This document shows, piece after piece, positions 35,390 to 48,113 of a stretch of 64,000 nt of DNA. Within the stretch, counting starts at the first letter, position 1. The number at the start of each line of letters is the position of its first letter. A program made the translations under genes and the position numbers. Below the pieces are notes generated by a model that saw only the letters and a list, made by a program, of their open reading frames with translations, was not told where the DNA came from and did no database searches. Location: assembly GCA_973895155.1 (NCBI GenBank), contig OZ316899.1:1511573-1575572 (forward strand), given 5' to 3'. Source of the stretch: Marsupella aquatica (lineage: Eukaryota; Plantae; Marchantiophyta).

Positions 35390-38300
35390 GAATGGCAGGA
35401 GCTCGCTCGACTGTGGGAGCTGCAGAAGTCTGCCTTCTTAGGAGGAGAACTCATCAAGGCCGAGTTCTTGTGGACTCCTACTGCCAATCAGCTCGATGAC
35501 CTTCTGTTTTGCGAAGATAGAATCGTCAGCATTCGGGAAGCCATCAACCGCTGCAACGACGCGCATTGGGAGTTGAAGGGTAGCATGGAGGAGTGGACAA
35601 AGGCAACTGTGCTAGGAGAAACATCCACGGCAGCCGAGATGAAGAGGAAAGGAAACAACAACAAAGAGGCCATCCCGGCAAAAAGAACGAGGTCGGCGGC
35701 ACCAAGGAAGCCAGCAGAGCAGCAGAACAGGAGGCAGGGAGAAGCCGAAGAGGAGGAGGTCAATCCCATCAATGCCATTCCAACAAAGGATGACACCTGG
35801 AAAGGCTGGGCGGCGACCCTACCAGAGGAAGTGCAATTACATTTTGCACAGGAGGAGGATGCATGCTTTACGGCCATGCAAACCAAGAAGTACCAGGGCT
35901 TCATGGCCGGATCCGGCTTGGAAGCCTTCGTAAGATTACCATGGCTGATGCCGAAGGTGCCGGACTCAGACTTATTAGAATTTGTGGGATCATGGGAACC
36001 CAAGACCAATTCCACGAGGGTGTATGGGAAGGATTTCTATCTCACTCCCCGGGTGATTGCCAAGGTGTTTGGCTTGCCGATGGGTAATAAGACCAAGGTT
36101 GATACCAGGAAGACCTTACTTGACAAGGAGTCCGGTCGTTCCCAGGACCATCAACGAAGAATGGCTTCTTCCGGAACACCTGCACCAACCCGCACATCGG
36201 AGAGATGATCAATTTCTTGCGGATGACCATGCATTGTAACTTGCCGAGGGCAGAGATCGGCAAGGCTCAGGTCTACCTGGCAGAAAGGCCAGATCCAAGC
36301 TGGGATTACAACGGGTACCTCCTCAACCAACTGAAGAAGATCTTGAAGGAGGAACAGTAGGTGATCGGCGTGGGAAGCGTGTCCCGGCTTGGCTATCACA
36401 TGCCGCTGTTGTGCCGGTATGCCAGAAGTCAAATCTTTGCCCCAGTACTTCCCCTATTGGCAAGGGCACCGGAGGAGGTTCCGGAGCAGAGGCCGGCAAC
36501 AGAAGATCCCAACCAGCCTGCCAGTCCTACGATCGAGCAAGTGTTTCTGCCAAGGAAAGAAGACTTGCCGATGCAACAATCAGGCATGAAGAATCTGCTG
36601 AAATTGCTGGAGAAGGAGAGAACGGCAACGGCAACGGCACCGGTACAGGACACTGCCCCAGAGGCCGGCTTAAGTCAACTTAGGAGGGAAAACCCCTTTA
36701 CCGGAGCCAACGAGAGAAGGAGGCCGGAACACAAGCCGGGAGTTCAAATGTATGTGGGAGCCTCAAGCCCCAAATTGGAGGCAGAGCAGCCTAAGGCTCC
36801 TTCCCGCGGAAAACAGAGGGAGAGGATAGCCTGGAAACCAGAGGAGGAACAAGAGCCCGTGATCTGTGAGGCCATTTTCACGGCAGGACCAGGGGAACAA
36901 AGGGGGAAGCCGGGAGTCCAAGCAGTGGAGGAGGCGGTGGAGGACTACAGCAATGATAACTCTGGCTATGGGTCGGATCATCATGTTCCAGGAGTAAGGA
37001 CCTGTGGCCGGTTTATCCCCATGCTTCCAAGAGTAGTTCAAGGGGACCCCACCCAGCAGAGTAGCCCCGAGTCTCCCCCACCAGAGGTTGCTCCCCCGAG
37101 CTTTGACGGCATAAAGCAGACGGCACAAGATTTTCAGGAGCGACTTAGGGAGGAAGAGAAAGCAGCCCTGGCTAGGGAGAAAGATTTACCAGGAGGAGAT
37201 TGGCCGGAGGACATCAAGCGGCTTGCCGGAAAAAGAAGCAACCCTCTTGCCACCGTAGAAGAAATCCGCAAGGCGGCTTGGGAACAGAGGCCGAGGTGGT
37301 TGATGCCGATGACTTCTACTTACTCCACCTATGCTAAAGATAGAGTCATGGAGTACGGGGAGATGTGTGGGGACCTGGCGCTCAGCATCTTTGGGGAGGA
37401 GTTGGAGTAGGGACCTTTTTTCCAGAGGGAGATGTTGGAGAAGCACCGATTAGAAGAAGCGGTGGCTTTGGAGAGAAGCAAGAAGGACGAGGTCATCCGG
37501 CGGCTTAGGGAGATGGAAGCCAAGGTGGAAGACCTGCAGGCGGCCAAGAAAGCCCAAGATGAGCTGCGGATTAAGCGGCATGAGCTAAACATCATGCAAG
37601 GACAATTGGATGTCGCTCAGTCTGGCAATCAGATTATCAAAGATAAACTGACTCGGACTCAAGGAGAGTTGGCCGGCGGGTCAAGGACAGGGAAAAGTGG
37701 AAGCAGGAGCTGAGGGACGCAGAGGAGGCCCACATAACCGCCAACAACCGGGCCATGGCAGAGACTCAAAGAAAGGAGAGGGCGTTGAAAGGAGAGCTCG
37801 AGGATATCCGTGGAGCCCTTGAGCAGGAGGCCGGGTTAGGAAAATCCTATCAAGGGATTATTGCGGTGCAGTACGAGCTTGCGTCCCTGACGACCAGCTT
37901 CAAGGCCGACCTGCGTGAGAAGGACGACCAGCTTGACCAGACTTATGCCAAGATGAATAAGATGGAGTCTGAGGTTGTAGCGGAGCTTGACAAGGAGCTA
38001 AGAGCAACCCAGGAGGAGAGGGCTACCTTAAAATTGGAATTGGAGGAAGCCAAAAAGGAGCTGTAGGAGGGACGGAAGGACCTGGAGGAAGTCTAGGAGG
38101 AGTTGGAGGAAACCACCAGGAAGATGGAGAACTTACAACGGCGGGCCAACAACCAAATAGAGCGGCTGAAGAAATAGACCGCAGTATTTAAGTGCTTAGC
38201 TTCATCTGGTCCAACTCCAATTGTGGGAACTCCGTTACCAGGAGGGGTACTGGCCGAAAGACAAGCCAAGACACACGCCCCGGTGTCGGAGGTAGGTAGC

Positions 38301-38717
38301 AAGGGGGAGGGACCAGCTACCGAAACAGGGAAGAAGAAGAAGCGGAAACCTTCTGGGTCTGGGAGTTATACTGCTTACCAAGCCGTTGTGACCCAGGAGG
38401 TCAACCCGGCACCAACCTCCGGCATGGTCACGACAGTAGATCCACCTGTTGAAGAAGGTGGGGATGGCAAGGCCGAGGCCGGGACAGCTATTGATGAAGT
38501 CGAGGTACCGGATCCTCCACTAGAACATGACGGGGAGGCCGAAGCCGTATCGAAGGCCATGACCAATGCTGAGGCCGAAGCCAAGGGTGGACCCAGTCAA
38601 GCCGATGAAGAGTTTACTCGGTCCGGGGTAGGTAATCTGTCAGAGGACGGACCGACGGCAGTGGCTGTGGGGGAAGCGTTGGGGGCGTCCATTGAGGATC
38701 CGCCACCGGTGTCGTGA
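35390..38717 (+). pseudogene. Family B extra ORF (full-length but degenerate)
   Basis: Fragments 35468-36208, 36361-37410, 37432-37713, 37755-38066 and 38223-38717. N-terminal part resembles A ORF3, followed by a long coiled-coil. Start is approximate. Confidence 0.72.
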
Positions 38718-38755
38718 CGGTGCAAGGGCGTCGTTCCTTTAAGGAAGGGCGGACA

Positions 38756-39617
38756 TGGAGGTAGGAGGCGTGAGTGGGCAAGGCGGGCTCAGATCTCCAA
38801 GTTTAGGATTAGGATCAAGACCAGGAGACGGCCCTGACACTTAGATTAGTGGGATGGCGGATCCACTGGTAGGAGCAACACTTGTGCTCCTGCCTCACTG
38901 TACAGTTAGGTAGATTACAGGTAGGATAGATTAAGCTTACGCAGCGAAGTTCTGAACAGATCCGCTGCCAGGATAAATACCTGGGTAGCGGGGAGTCCAG
39001 GGCCTCTTCTTTAGCAAGTTTTTAGTTGCACCAGCAAGGCTGGGATCAAGTAGTAAGAGAAGCTCTCGGTTAGTTATACAGTGATCCTTGTGTATATTCA
39101 TGTTTCCTCATGCCTAAGAACTGAATAGATTGGCCTCACGGCTTAGTTCGCAGAGCTTGTGTATGAGATGTACTGTTTGTATGGCAAGTGCATGGTATAA
39201 CTCAGTCAGAAGGAGTTATTTTGCTATCTGTGTGTTGCATTAACTTGTGTGAAGAGTGCCCACATCAATGAAGGGAAGTAGCAAGGGAGTGAGAGTTGGA
39301 TGTGTCGAGCTGAGAGAGGTCTTAGCGGCTTAACCAAGCCAATTGGGGATCATTCCGGCGGCGGAATCCAAACATACCTAATGGAAGACCAGGAGAGGAA
39401 TACAAGGGAAGGCCTAGAATAGGCCGGCTAAGTATCTCATGACACGATGAAGGATCTGTCCAGTATATGTGTGTAAAATGTTAATAGTAGTAGAAGGAGG
39501 ATTAACAGCGTCCCATGCCGCTAAGCCGCGGAAACGGCCTCGCCAAGGACAAAACCTGTGGGAATCAGCTTGAGCAAGGGGTTTTCTTGGGTTTGGGGAG
39601 CCATGGGATGCACCACA
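38756..39617 (+). repeat. Probable family B LTR, second copy (5' end uncertain)
   Basis: Homologous to 14418-15281 and followed by the PBS at 39622-39639. Confidence 0.5.
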
Positions 39618-39878
39618 TTTTTGGCGCTAGATGGAGGGGGCATTTCTTAAGCCGTGAGATATGAAGTTAGGAAGGAAGCATGGGTAATGACTAAACCTAC
39701 GTCGAGAGAGGAAAGAGCGATTCAACGGGAGAGAGCTCGTCTGCAGCAACTCGCCGGGTGGCATGATACATAGCAATTGAGAGGGGCAGAAAGAGCTAGT
39801 AGCTCTGTAACTGAAAGTGGCATCAAAGAAGACATACCAGAAGAAGGGTCGGTAAGGAGAAGTGAGTCTCGAACCGAC

Positions 39879-40141
39879 ATGGGGGAACCAGAGGCACGGC
39901 CAGACGAGAGGCCAGGGACCAGACTGAGCCAACGGTCGCGTATTCATTACAAGGCCTTTCATGGAAGAGGAGATGAGGATCCGGACGAATGGTTGGATGA
40001 CTTCGAAGGAACCGCTGCAGCAAATGGAGAATCGGCCATCAAGATGCAAATTCTTCCTGGTCTGTTCAAGGGTGAGGCTAGGCCTTGGTACAAAGCATTG
40101 GACGTAGAAGATCAAGCCATCTGGAATACTTTCAGATCACT
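39879..40141 (+). pseudogene. gag: Truncated gag of a further family B unit
   Basis: MGEPEARPDERP...IWNTFRSL matches 15543 onward; homology stops abruptly at 40141. Confidence 0.85.
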
Positions 40142-40517
40142 CCCTTGAGCTCAGCTGGGTCTGGGGGAGCCGTGGGTTCTCGTGGTTTGCGGGTGTTAGC
40201 TCGCCCGCTTGCCAAATCCTGCAGAACAACAGCCAAGCTGCGTTCAGTCTCCCAAGGGAGCTTGCGTTGGGGAGGCAAGACCAAGTAGGTGTGGAGGCTG
40301 AGTTCCACGGGTGCTCGGCCCCTAGACCACCAGTGGGGCGAACCAGGAGCTGGTGCTAGAGTCGGGGCCATTCTGGTCCCGGCGTGTTGGGACAAGCTAC
40401 GCTACTTGGGCCATGAGCATGTCCTGGGGTCAGGGCGGTCAGTTGGTGATGGATAGGTACGAGGGGGAACCCGGGCTACGCCCAAGGAAGGAGCTGTTTT
40501 GGACGAACAATGGGCGT

Positions 40518-41358
40518 TGTCGCGAGGACTTAAAGTTAGGGGCTCCTTGGGCAAACTGCGCGTTTCTGGCTACAACTGGGACAGGCGACAAGCACTTTTT
40601 GGAGCGAACTCTCACTCCTTTATATTTTTTACTTTTCTCACAAAGGTTACAATAGGTGCCCTTGAGTAAGCTTGCCCACAAGAGTCTAGTAGCTGGCCCT
40701 ACGGCGGGCCGCTACCTCTAACTTGTTGAGTAGAACTCCTCGAGTGACTAACTACTCAAAATCTGATGGAAAAACTATCCTCCTTAGCTCACAAAACCAA
40801 AACTCGACTAGCTACTCCACTAGTCTAAAACAGCTCAAACGGAACTCGGGCCTGGACCAACGAGGCTCTAAACTTGAGAAATCCCCGCCTGGATTGACGA
40901 GGCTCCAAACTTGAGAAATCCCCGCCTGGATCAACGAGACTCCAAACTTGAGAAATCCCCGCCTGGATCGAAAACTCCACACCTAGATCCAACACTTGCT
41001 CAGAACTCCAAAACCGTCGCACAACAGTCGAGTTCCACAGAACGGAGCGAAACTCACAGAACGCAACTCAACAGATCTCAATAGACAACCGCCAACCTCA
41101 ATGAGCCGAGGCTCAAGTCTTAAGTAGCATCGGAAACCCAACCATCCAGCCTGAGCCAGTTGCCATCAGCGAGGCTCATCCAAACTCCAAGCCTGGTGAC
41201 TCACCCAAACACCAAACCTGGTGACGACGAGTCACCCAATCACCAAACCTCAATCAATCCAACCAAGCAGCCCCTCCGAGTCAGCATGCACGCAACCCAA
41301 CCAGGAGGCCTCATCCCCTATAAAAGCCATTCCTGAGCCAAAATTTTTTGGCACGACA
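40518..41358 (-). repeat. 3' LTR of C (841 bp) containing about 3 copies of a 37 bp tandem unit at 40850-40970
   Basis: Direct repeat of 47267-48113. The unit CCTGGAYYRACGAGRCTCYAAACTTGAGAAATCCCCG has period 37. Confidence 0.92.
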
Positions 41359-41403
41359 TCCTCCCCCAGTAAACCTGAGAAGCCTCCGGTCTGCTCCAAT
41401 CCA

Positions 41404-44400
41404 TCAGATTTCCTCTAAGTCTGAGTCCGAACTTGAGCCATGCGCCTGGACCACTTCCTCCCCAAGAAACTCAAACCCAAAGCCTTCAGACTCGGCCTTA
41501 GGCACTCCACTTTCCAGAAACTCAAAGTCCAACTCATCCAAATCAGAACCAGTCAAGCCACTTTCAAAACTCAAGTCCAACGGATGCGCCTGGACCAGTG
41601 CCTTGTCTTCAAATTCACTCAAGTCGGAACTTGAGTCCATTCCCTTCTCGGTCCTCCTCTTGAAGATCTTCACCCTTTTCCCTACGTAAGGTACTTGGTG
41701 AACTGTTCCATCCAACTCCCGAATAGTATAGGTCGCATTCGCATGAACAGCAACCACCACATACGGACCTTGCCACCTCCGAGCAAACTTGTTTCGGCTC
41801 AAGTGTTGCTCGTCCAACTTACTTTCATAAACTAGAACCCAATCCCCTTCCTTAACCAAGACAGGCCTCAACCGATGAGTCCTGTTGAACCTGCCCTTGT
41901 TCCTTAACCTCACCATCTTCAATTGCTTCCGAGCCACCTCAATCTTCACGGGTAACAAGTTGAAGTGTTCGATCCTTCGAGCCAGCACCTCCTCTCTTGA
42001 AACTTCATCTTTCCATCCAATCAGTCGCCAGCTGCAAACATCTTCCTCGAGTGGCATCATCGGCAAGTGCCCAGTAAGTAGCTCGGCCGGAATGTATCCG
42101 GTCACTGAGCTACAAGTCATTCGATCCGCTAACGAAGCTAGTGGAAGGAGACTCGACCACCTGCCCAAGTCCCCATCACAAGCCTTAGCCAAAGCGCTCA
42201 CAATCTGGATGTGCCCCCTTTCAGATTTCCCATTGCCTTCCGGATTGTAACTCAAAGTCAACTTCAGTTTGATGCGGTATTGGTCAAAAAACTCTTGTGC
42301 TTCCTTGTAGCTGAGCTCCCCCCTATCAGCTCTGATCCTTGTAAAGCACCCATGTCTTGCAATGATATCCTCAAGTATGAACTGGCAAACGGCAGCAGTA
42401 GTGTTCGAAACCAACGCTCTCCCTTCCACATAAGAAGACAAGTCTTCTCTCGCCAAAACCAAGTATCTCGCCCCATTGCTCTCTCTCGGCATGTACACTA
42501 CATCAACAGCCCATTGAAAGTGTAGAGCCATGGGGTAAGTCGGAACGAATCCATCCCTATGTCGGATCCTCGAGTAAAACTGGCAAATCTCGCAAGTCTC
42601 GACATAGTCTCGAACGGCCAAGTATAAACCTGGCCACCAGTACAGCTTCCGAACCCTCTCATAAGTCGAATGCACCCCTTTGTGCCCAGCCATGTCAGCA
42701 TCATGGCACTCTTTGAGAATTTGGTCTTTCTCATCCTTAGTATCCACAACCCTCTGCAACAACTGACTTTGGTCCTTATGCCTTCGCCACAAGTAGCCCT
42801 CCCTCAATAGGAACTTGTAAGATTTCTTCCGGATCTTGACGAACTCCTGGTAACTCCACTCTGGTTGCTTCTCCAAAGTGCTAATGTAACACCCGATATC
42901 CAGCAACTCTCCCGAGTAGAGTTCTTCCTTGAACTCTAGACTTCCAACACTTTCGGTTCTGGTCACCTCGCCAACTCTCGTTGCTACCTCATTTCCAAAT
43001 CTCACCCTTGACAGCATGTCGGCAACCGGATTATCCTTTCCCGCAATGTGACTTAGCTCAGGGTTGAACATCCGAATGAAAGCAATCCACCTGAGCATTG
43101 CTATGTCAGGCGTGTCACAATTCGCAATCATCCCCAACAGCGATTGGCAATCAGTCTCAACCACCACCGGCGCCCCAATCAAATAGTTCCTCTCCTGATG
43201 GAGTGCCACTTTGGCACCCCAAAGCTCCCTCTTAACTTGGGCATATCTCCTTTGCCTTTCCGTAAATTTTTTTGCCCCAAATCTGATCGCATACCTTTCC
43301 CCATTCTCGTCATCTTGCCCAACAGCCCACCCGGCTGCAAACGGACTCGCATCAACAGTCATGATCAGTGGTTGCCCGCTCTCATAGTCCACAGCTTCGA
43401 GAACTGGCGGGCTCATGAGAGCGCTCTTAAGCTTAGCCATTGCTTCACTATGCTTGGGTCGCCATCTCCACTTAACCTTTTTCCTCAACAGCTCATAGAG
43501 CGGGTCCGCCAGGTGCGAGAAGTGAGGGATCCAGATCTTGTAAAAGACACAAGCACCCAGAAACCTCCGAACTTCCGGCACCAATTCGCAATCCTTCATC
43601 TCGCTAATAGCTCTCACCTTATCCATGTTCGGCTTCCTTCCATAAGATCCGCACATTTGCCCAACGACTTTCACCTCTTTCATCCCAAATTCAGACTTCT
43701 CCCCCAAAAGAGTGACTCCCACATCAATCAGCTTCTCGAGAACTGCCTTAACATCAACAATGTGATCCCACACAAACTGTCGGATCCCATCACTCCTCAA
43801 GGTCTCATCCTTCCCTTCATGCAAGCACCCCTTTATCGGGACATCATCAATGAACGGTCTTGCTTTTTCCAGAATGAACGGCTCCAAGATTTTACTCATC
43901 GCATTTTGCATGTGCGCTACTGAGTTTGTCGTCCCTTGAGGAAGAGTGCACATCCTCAAGAGGCCCAGCGGGGTCCTCATAATCGTAATGTCTTGGCTCT
44001 CTTGCGCCAACTGGAACTGGTCGTAACTCAAAAACAAATCACCCATGGAGTAGATCGCCCTCCCAGCGAACTCCTCCGCAAACTCATCCACGAGTGGCCC
44101 AACTTTCACATTCCTGATGGTCACCTTGTTTGGAGGTTGCATATCCTGAATGAACCTCAAGCTTCCATTCTTCTTTCTCACTGTAAACCATCTGTTTGAG
44201 TAGGGAGCATCGGACCTCTCGAGAATCCTAGCACTCAGCTTCTCCTTAAGCAGTTTTGCAAGCTTCGGAGCTAAAGCCCGCGGAACCAAAATTGGTTTCA
44301 GATCCCACGGAACATGAGGGACAGTAAAGATGACCATTGGTGTCACCTTACTCTGATCCGCACAACCAATCTCCTCAATCAAAAACAAGAATGCCTTGCC

Positions 44401-44823
44401 ATGCTCCATTATCATCTTTCAAAATGCCACTTGCTCCACCTCCGTAAGTAACCCATCCGAACCAATCTTAAGCTTTGCCAAACTTTCTTGAGTAAACTTA
44501 TGCCCTATCTGATCACTTGGCCTCAGCCTTGGTTCCAATCTCGCTCGATCCATAACCTCCATCGCATCGTCCGGCAAAGGTATCGCCGCCGGCCTCACCT
44601 TCTTGTCGACCATCTTGTATTTGGTACTCGAGTATACAAGCACAGCCATAGACGAGTACTGCCTTTCCAACTCCTTCTCCAGCTTGTCCCTTCCCAAGTT
44701 AGACTCTGCACATTTGAGTGGCTCTTCCTCTCCATTATCCATCGTGTTTTCCCCTTCACAAGGAGCTAAGGAACGAGCACTCCGCCGATCCACTCTTTTC
44801 AGCGAAGTGCCAAGTCGTTTTCC
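41404..44823 (-). pseudogene. pol: C pol: RT-RNase H-integrase (one premature TGA at 44419-44421)
   Basis: 1003 aa ORF with RFIQDMQPPN, LPQGTTNS, FIDD, TVDASPFAAG, H/C zinc finger, WAVDVVYM and ADRGE; no chromodomain. Confidence 0.93.
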
Positions 44824-47225
44824 GGACCTGGACCAGAGTCGGCACTCTCAGTCCTCAACCCTTTCCTATTCCTCTTGTTTCCAGGTAAAACAACCGGAAA
44901 TTGAACCACCTCTTTCCCATCTTTGCTCCAAACCTTCACCATGAAGGTAGTATCATCCAGAACCTTTGTCTCCATCCTCCATTCAGTGATGAACGGCATG
45001 CCCAGTATGACCAAAAATGACAAGTGCTCATGAACAAAAATGTTACAAGCCTGCTTGACATTCCCGAACTTCACCATCACATTCGGACATCCGCCCCAAA
45101 GATAGTCCTTCATTGAACTCATCGAGTTCACACTCCAAAGCAACTCATTATCCACCGGCCAATTCCCCTTTTGAAACACCTTTGGATCCATCAAGTTGAT
45201 CTCCGAGCCAGTATCAATGAGCGTCCGCACCTTGCCTTCCATTCCTTCCAACTGGCACTCACTCTCCGGACTTGCTCGAGCCCAGTATCCATCTGGGTAA
45301 GCATAACCGTTTCCTTTCATTGAGCCCATGACATGAATGGTCCTTGACTGCACGGTAATGCCTTCTCGCTCTTTCCCTTCAGTCGGGTCCCTGTTTGCCA
45401 CAGACTCAGCTTCGCTTCTGGTTCCCATGAGCTCCTCTTCCGCATCGAAGAACTCATCGTCCAAGTCCATGAACTCCTCTTCAAGGGACTTGACCCTCTT
45501 CGGTTTCCCCAAGTTTGACTCTTCGGGGCCAGCAAGCTTACTACCTGAACCCATGGACACCCCAACAGTGTAAGTTCGGAAACTCCCAATTCCCGTCTCA
45601 CCAGCCTCCCCCATCAAGGTGTGAGGGCCCTCTTTGTAAATCTGTTTCCTCTTGGATCTCTCCAAGATCGCTTCCTGGATCTCCTGCCTCATACTACCAA
45701 AGAACTCGGCATTGGTAAACCCTTGAGCTTGTTGGCTCCAGAACTTCTTAGCTACAACCTTCGGGTACATGGCCTGGTCCACATCCCTGCCAAGCACCCA
45801 GCCCGGGTCCTTCTTGATCGGTTTCCCTTTCTCCGGCTCTTTCTCGCTCATTTCCTCTTCTTTGAACCTAACCCTTCTTTCCTTGTCTTGAGTATCCCGC
45901 CTCTCTCGTTCCCCTGATTGAGACGGAATGTCATCCTTGTCGGTTTTCTTCCTTTTTGACTTGATCGAGGCATCCCAACTAGCCCCAACCTCAACCGTCA
46001 TCGCATTGATCAGCACCGGGTCACTCCATCCGGATCTCTCTCGCACCAGATCCGCCAAGCGCTTGTAAAACTTGTCCGTTTCCGTCAAGGGGCCATCCAA
46101 CTCCACATTGTAAACATTTGCTTCCAAGTGCAAAGAGGACGCCTCTTCAACTCGCTTCCCAGCTTGCTTCTCAGTCAAAGCCTTCATGCCTCCCTTGTTG
46201 GAGTTGAATGGAATCGGCTCTTCAGTATCGGCAAACAATATCTTTTTCTGACCAACTTCATCGATGAACTTGATCAGCCCTTTATCCGCAGCTTCCCTCA
46301 AGTCCAGGCACTCTCGTTTGTCATGCTCTTTGCTGTCGCACCACATGCATGGCCAACTCTGCATCTCTGGCTTCCTCTCAGGAGCACTTGCAACCCTCGG
46401 TTTTGGATTCTCGACCGCATGTGCCGCCAAGATCTTCAGGTTCTGCATCATTTCCGCGAGATCATCCATCAATGGTTTGATCTCATCCTTCGCTGGTTCT
46501 CGCTTCCCTTTCCTCAATATCGGTTCCGACAGCCTTAGGTTGAGGATGATAGCCTCCTTGTCTAGCTCTCGCCGCCGGTGTCGATTGCTCACTTTTGACA
46601 CCGCTTTCTCAACTTGGTTCCAGTCGTTAGACAAGGTAACTCTCGAAGGTTCCAGCAGCTCCATCGCGTTCTCAAGCTCCTCTTGAAGGTCCTCATCGGC
46701 TGCCCTCAAGAAGAGCGTTGAGCGCTGCAACTCGATGATTCCCACATCCCGCTTTGGTAACTGAGATACCCTTCTCTTGAACTCCCTTAGGAGCTCTTGC
46801 GGCCCCTTCAACTTCTTGTTCCTGTCATTCACCCAATCCAAGAAGGTAGCCTGCGTGACCCGATCAGCATCCTCCGCTTGGAACTCCTCTTTCATCTTCT
46901 GGTCAAAGTCATCCCAGCCCTTAGCTGACTCAACAATGGTCCGCACCATCAAACTCAACTCCTTCTCAACCAGCACCATGAACTCTTTCACCGCTGTCCC
47001 TTCATCCAACTTGTAGACAATTGCTTCTGTCAAGTAAGACTTAAGGTAGCTTGTCACATTTCTCCCATCAAACTGCCCATTCTCCTTCAGAACCTCTTGG
47101 AGACACCGAGTAGTTCTATTTGCTTCCCTGTTTGCCCTTTCCGCCTCAAGCTCTTCCTTCCTTATGGTTCTCATCATCGACATGACGATGCTTGAGATCC
47201 AATCAACTTTGTCATAGTCACCCAT
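44799..47225 (-). CDS. gag: C gag-protease
   Basis: Open ORF with FDGRNVTSYL, CMWCDSKEHDKREC knuckle and protease LIDTGSEINL...ILGMPF. First ATG after the PBS is at 47225. Confidence 0.88.
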   Translation of the reverse strand: MGDYDKVDWISSIVMSMMRTIRKEELEAERANREANRTTRCLQEVLKENGQFDGRNVTSYLKSYLTEAIVYKLDEGTAVKEFMVLVEKELSLMVRTIVESAKGWDDFDQKMKEEFQAEDADRVTQATFLDWVNDRNKKLKGPQELLREFKRRVSQLPKRDVGIIELQRSTLFLRAADEDLQEELENAMELLEPSRVTLSNDWNQVEKAVSKVSNRHRRRELDKEAIILNLRLSEPILRKGKREPAKDEIKPLMDDLAEMMQNLKILAAHAVENPKPRVASAPERKPEMQSWPCMWCDSKEHDKRECLDLREAADKGLIKFIDEVGQKKILFADTEEPIPFNSNKGGMKALTEKQAGKRVEEASSLHLEANVYNVELDGPLTETDKFYKRLADLVRERSGWSDPVLINAMTVEVGASWDASIKSKRKKTDKDDIPSQSGERERRDTQDKERRVRFKEEEMSEKEPEKGKPIKKDPGWVLGRDVDQAMYPKVVAKKFWSQQAQGFTNAEFFGSMRQEIQEAILERSKRKQIYKEGPHTLMGEAGETGIGSFRTYTVGVSMGSGSKLAGPEESNLGKPKRVKSLEEEFMDLDDEFFDAEEELMGTRSEAESVANRDPTEGKEREGITVQSRTIHVMGSMKGNGYAYPDGYWARASPESECQLEGMEGKVRTLIDTGSEINLMDPKVFQKGNWPVDNELLWSVNSMSSMKDYLWGGCPNVMVKFGNVKQACNIFVHEHLSFLVILGMPFITEWRMETKVLDDTTFMVKVWSKDGKEVVQFPVVLPGNKRNRKGLRTESADSGPGPENDLALR

Positions 47226-47247
47226 CTCATCCAATCGCCCCAAGAAA

Positions 47248-47265
47248 TCCCCAGTATGGTCGCCA
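47248..47265 (-). promoter_or_regulatory. PBS of C, probably tRNA-Arg
   Basis: TGGCGACCATACTGGGGA directly after the 5' LTR; similar to the Arg-type PBS TGGCGACTCCACTGGGGA. The tRNA assignment is inferred. Confidence 0.7.
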
Positions 47266-47266
47266 A

Positions 47267-48113
47267 TGTTGCGAGGACTTAAAGTTAGGGGTTCCTCGGG
47301 CAAATTGCGCATTTTTGGCTGCGATTGGGACAGGCGACAAGCACTTTTTGGAGCGAACTCTCACTCCTTTATATTTTTTACTTTTCTCACAAAGGTTACA
47401 ATAGGTGCCCTCGAGTAAGCTTGCCCGCAAGAGTCTGGTAGTTGGCCCTACGGCGGGCCGCTACCTCTAACTTGTTGAGTAGAACTCCTCGAGTGACTAA
47501 CTACTCAAAATTTGATGGAAAAACTATCCTCCTTAGCTCACAAAACCAAAACTCGACTAGCTACTCCACTAGTCTAAAACAGCTCACACGGAACTTGGGC
47601 CTGGACCAACGAGGCTCCAAACTCGAGAAATCCCCGTCTGGATTGACGAGGCTCCAAACTTGAGAAATCCCCGCCTAGATTGACGAGACTCCAAACTTGA
47701 GAAATCCACGCTTGGATCAAAAACTCCACACCTAGATCCAACACTTGCTCAGAACTCCAAAACCGCCGCACAAAGTTGAGTTCCGCAGAACGGAGCGAAA
47801 CTCACAGAACGCAACTCAACAGATCTCAATAGACAACCGCCAACCTCAATGAGCCAAGGCTCAAGTCTTAAGTAGCATCGGAAACCCAACCATCCAGCCT
47901 GAGCCAGTTGCCATCAGCGAGGCTCATCCAACCTCCAAGCCTGGTGACTCACCCAAACACCAAACCTGGTGACGACGAGTCACCCAATCACCAAACCTCA
48001 ATCCATCCAACCAAGCAGCCCCTCCGAGTCAGCATGCACGCAACCCAACCATGAGGCCTCGCCCATCATCCCCTATAAAAGCCATTCCTGAGCCAAAATC
48101 TTTCAGCACAACA
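47267..48113 (-). repeat. 5' LTR of C (847 bp)
   Basis: Direct repeat of 40518-41358, visibly more diverged than the A2 LTR pair. Confidence 0.92.

Larger units (their letters stand above)
40518..48113 (-). mobile_element. Ty3/gypsy LTR retrotransposon family C (fungal-type RT), complete
   Basis: LTRs 40518-41358 and 47267-48113, PPT GGGGGAGGA next to 41358, PBS at 47248-47265, gag-PR and pol on the - strand. TSD unclear (GCGT versus ACGT). Confidence 0.93.
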
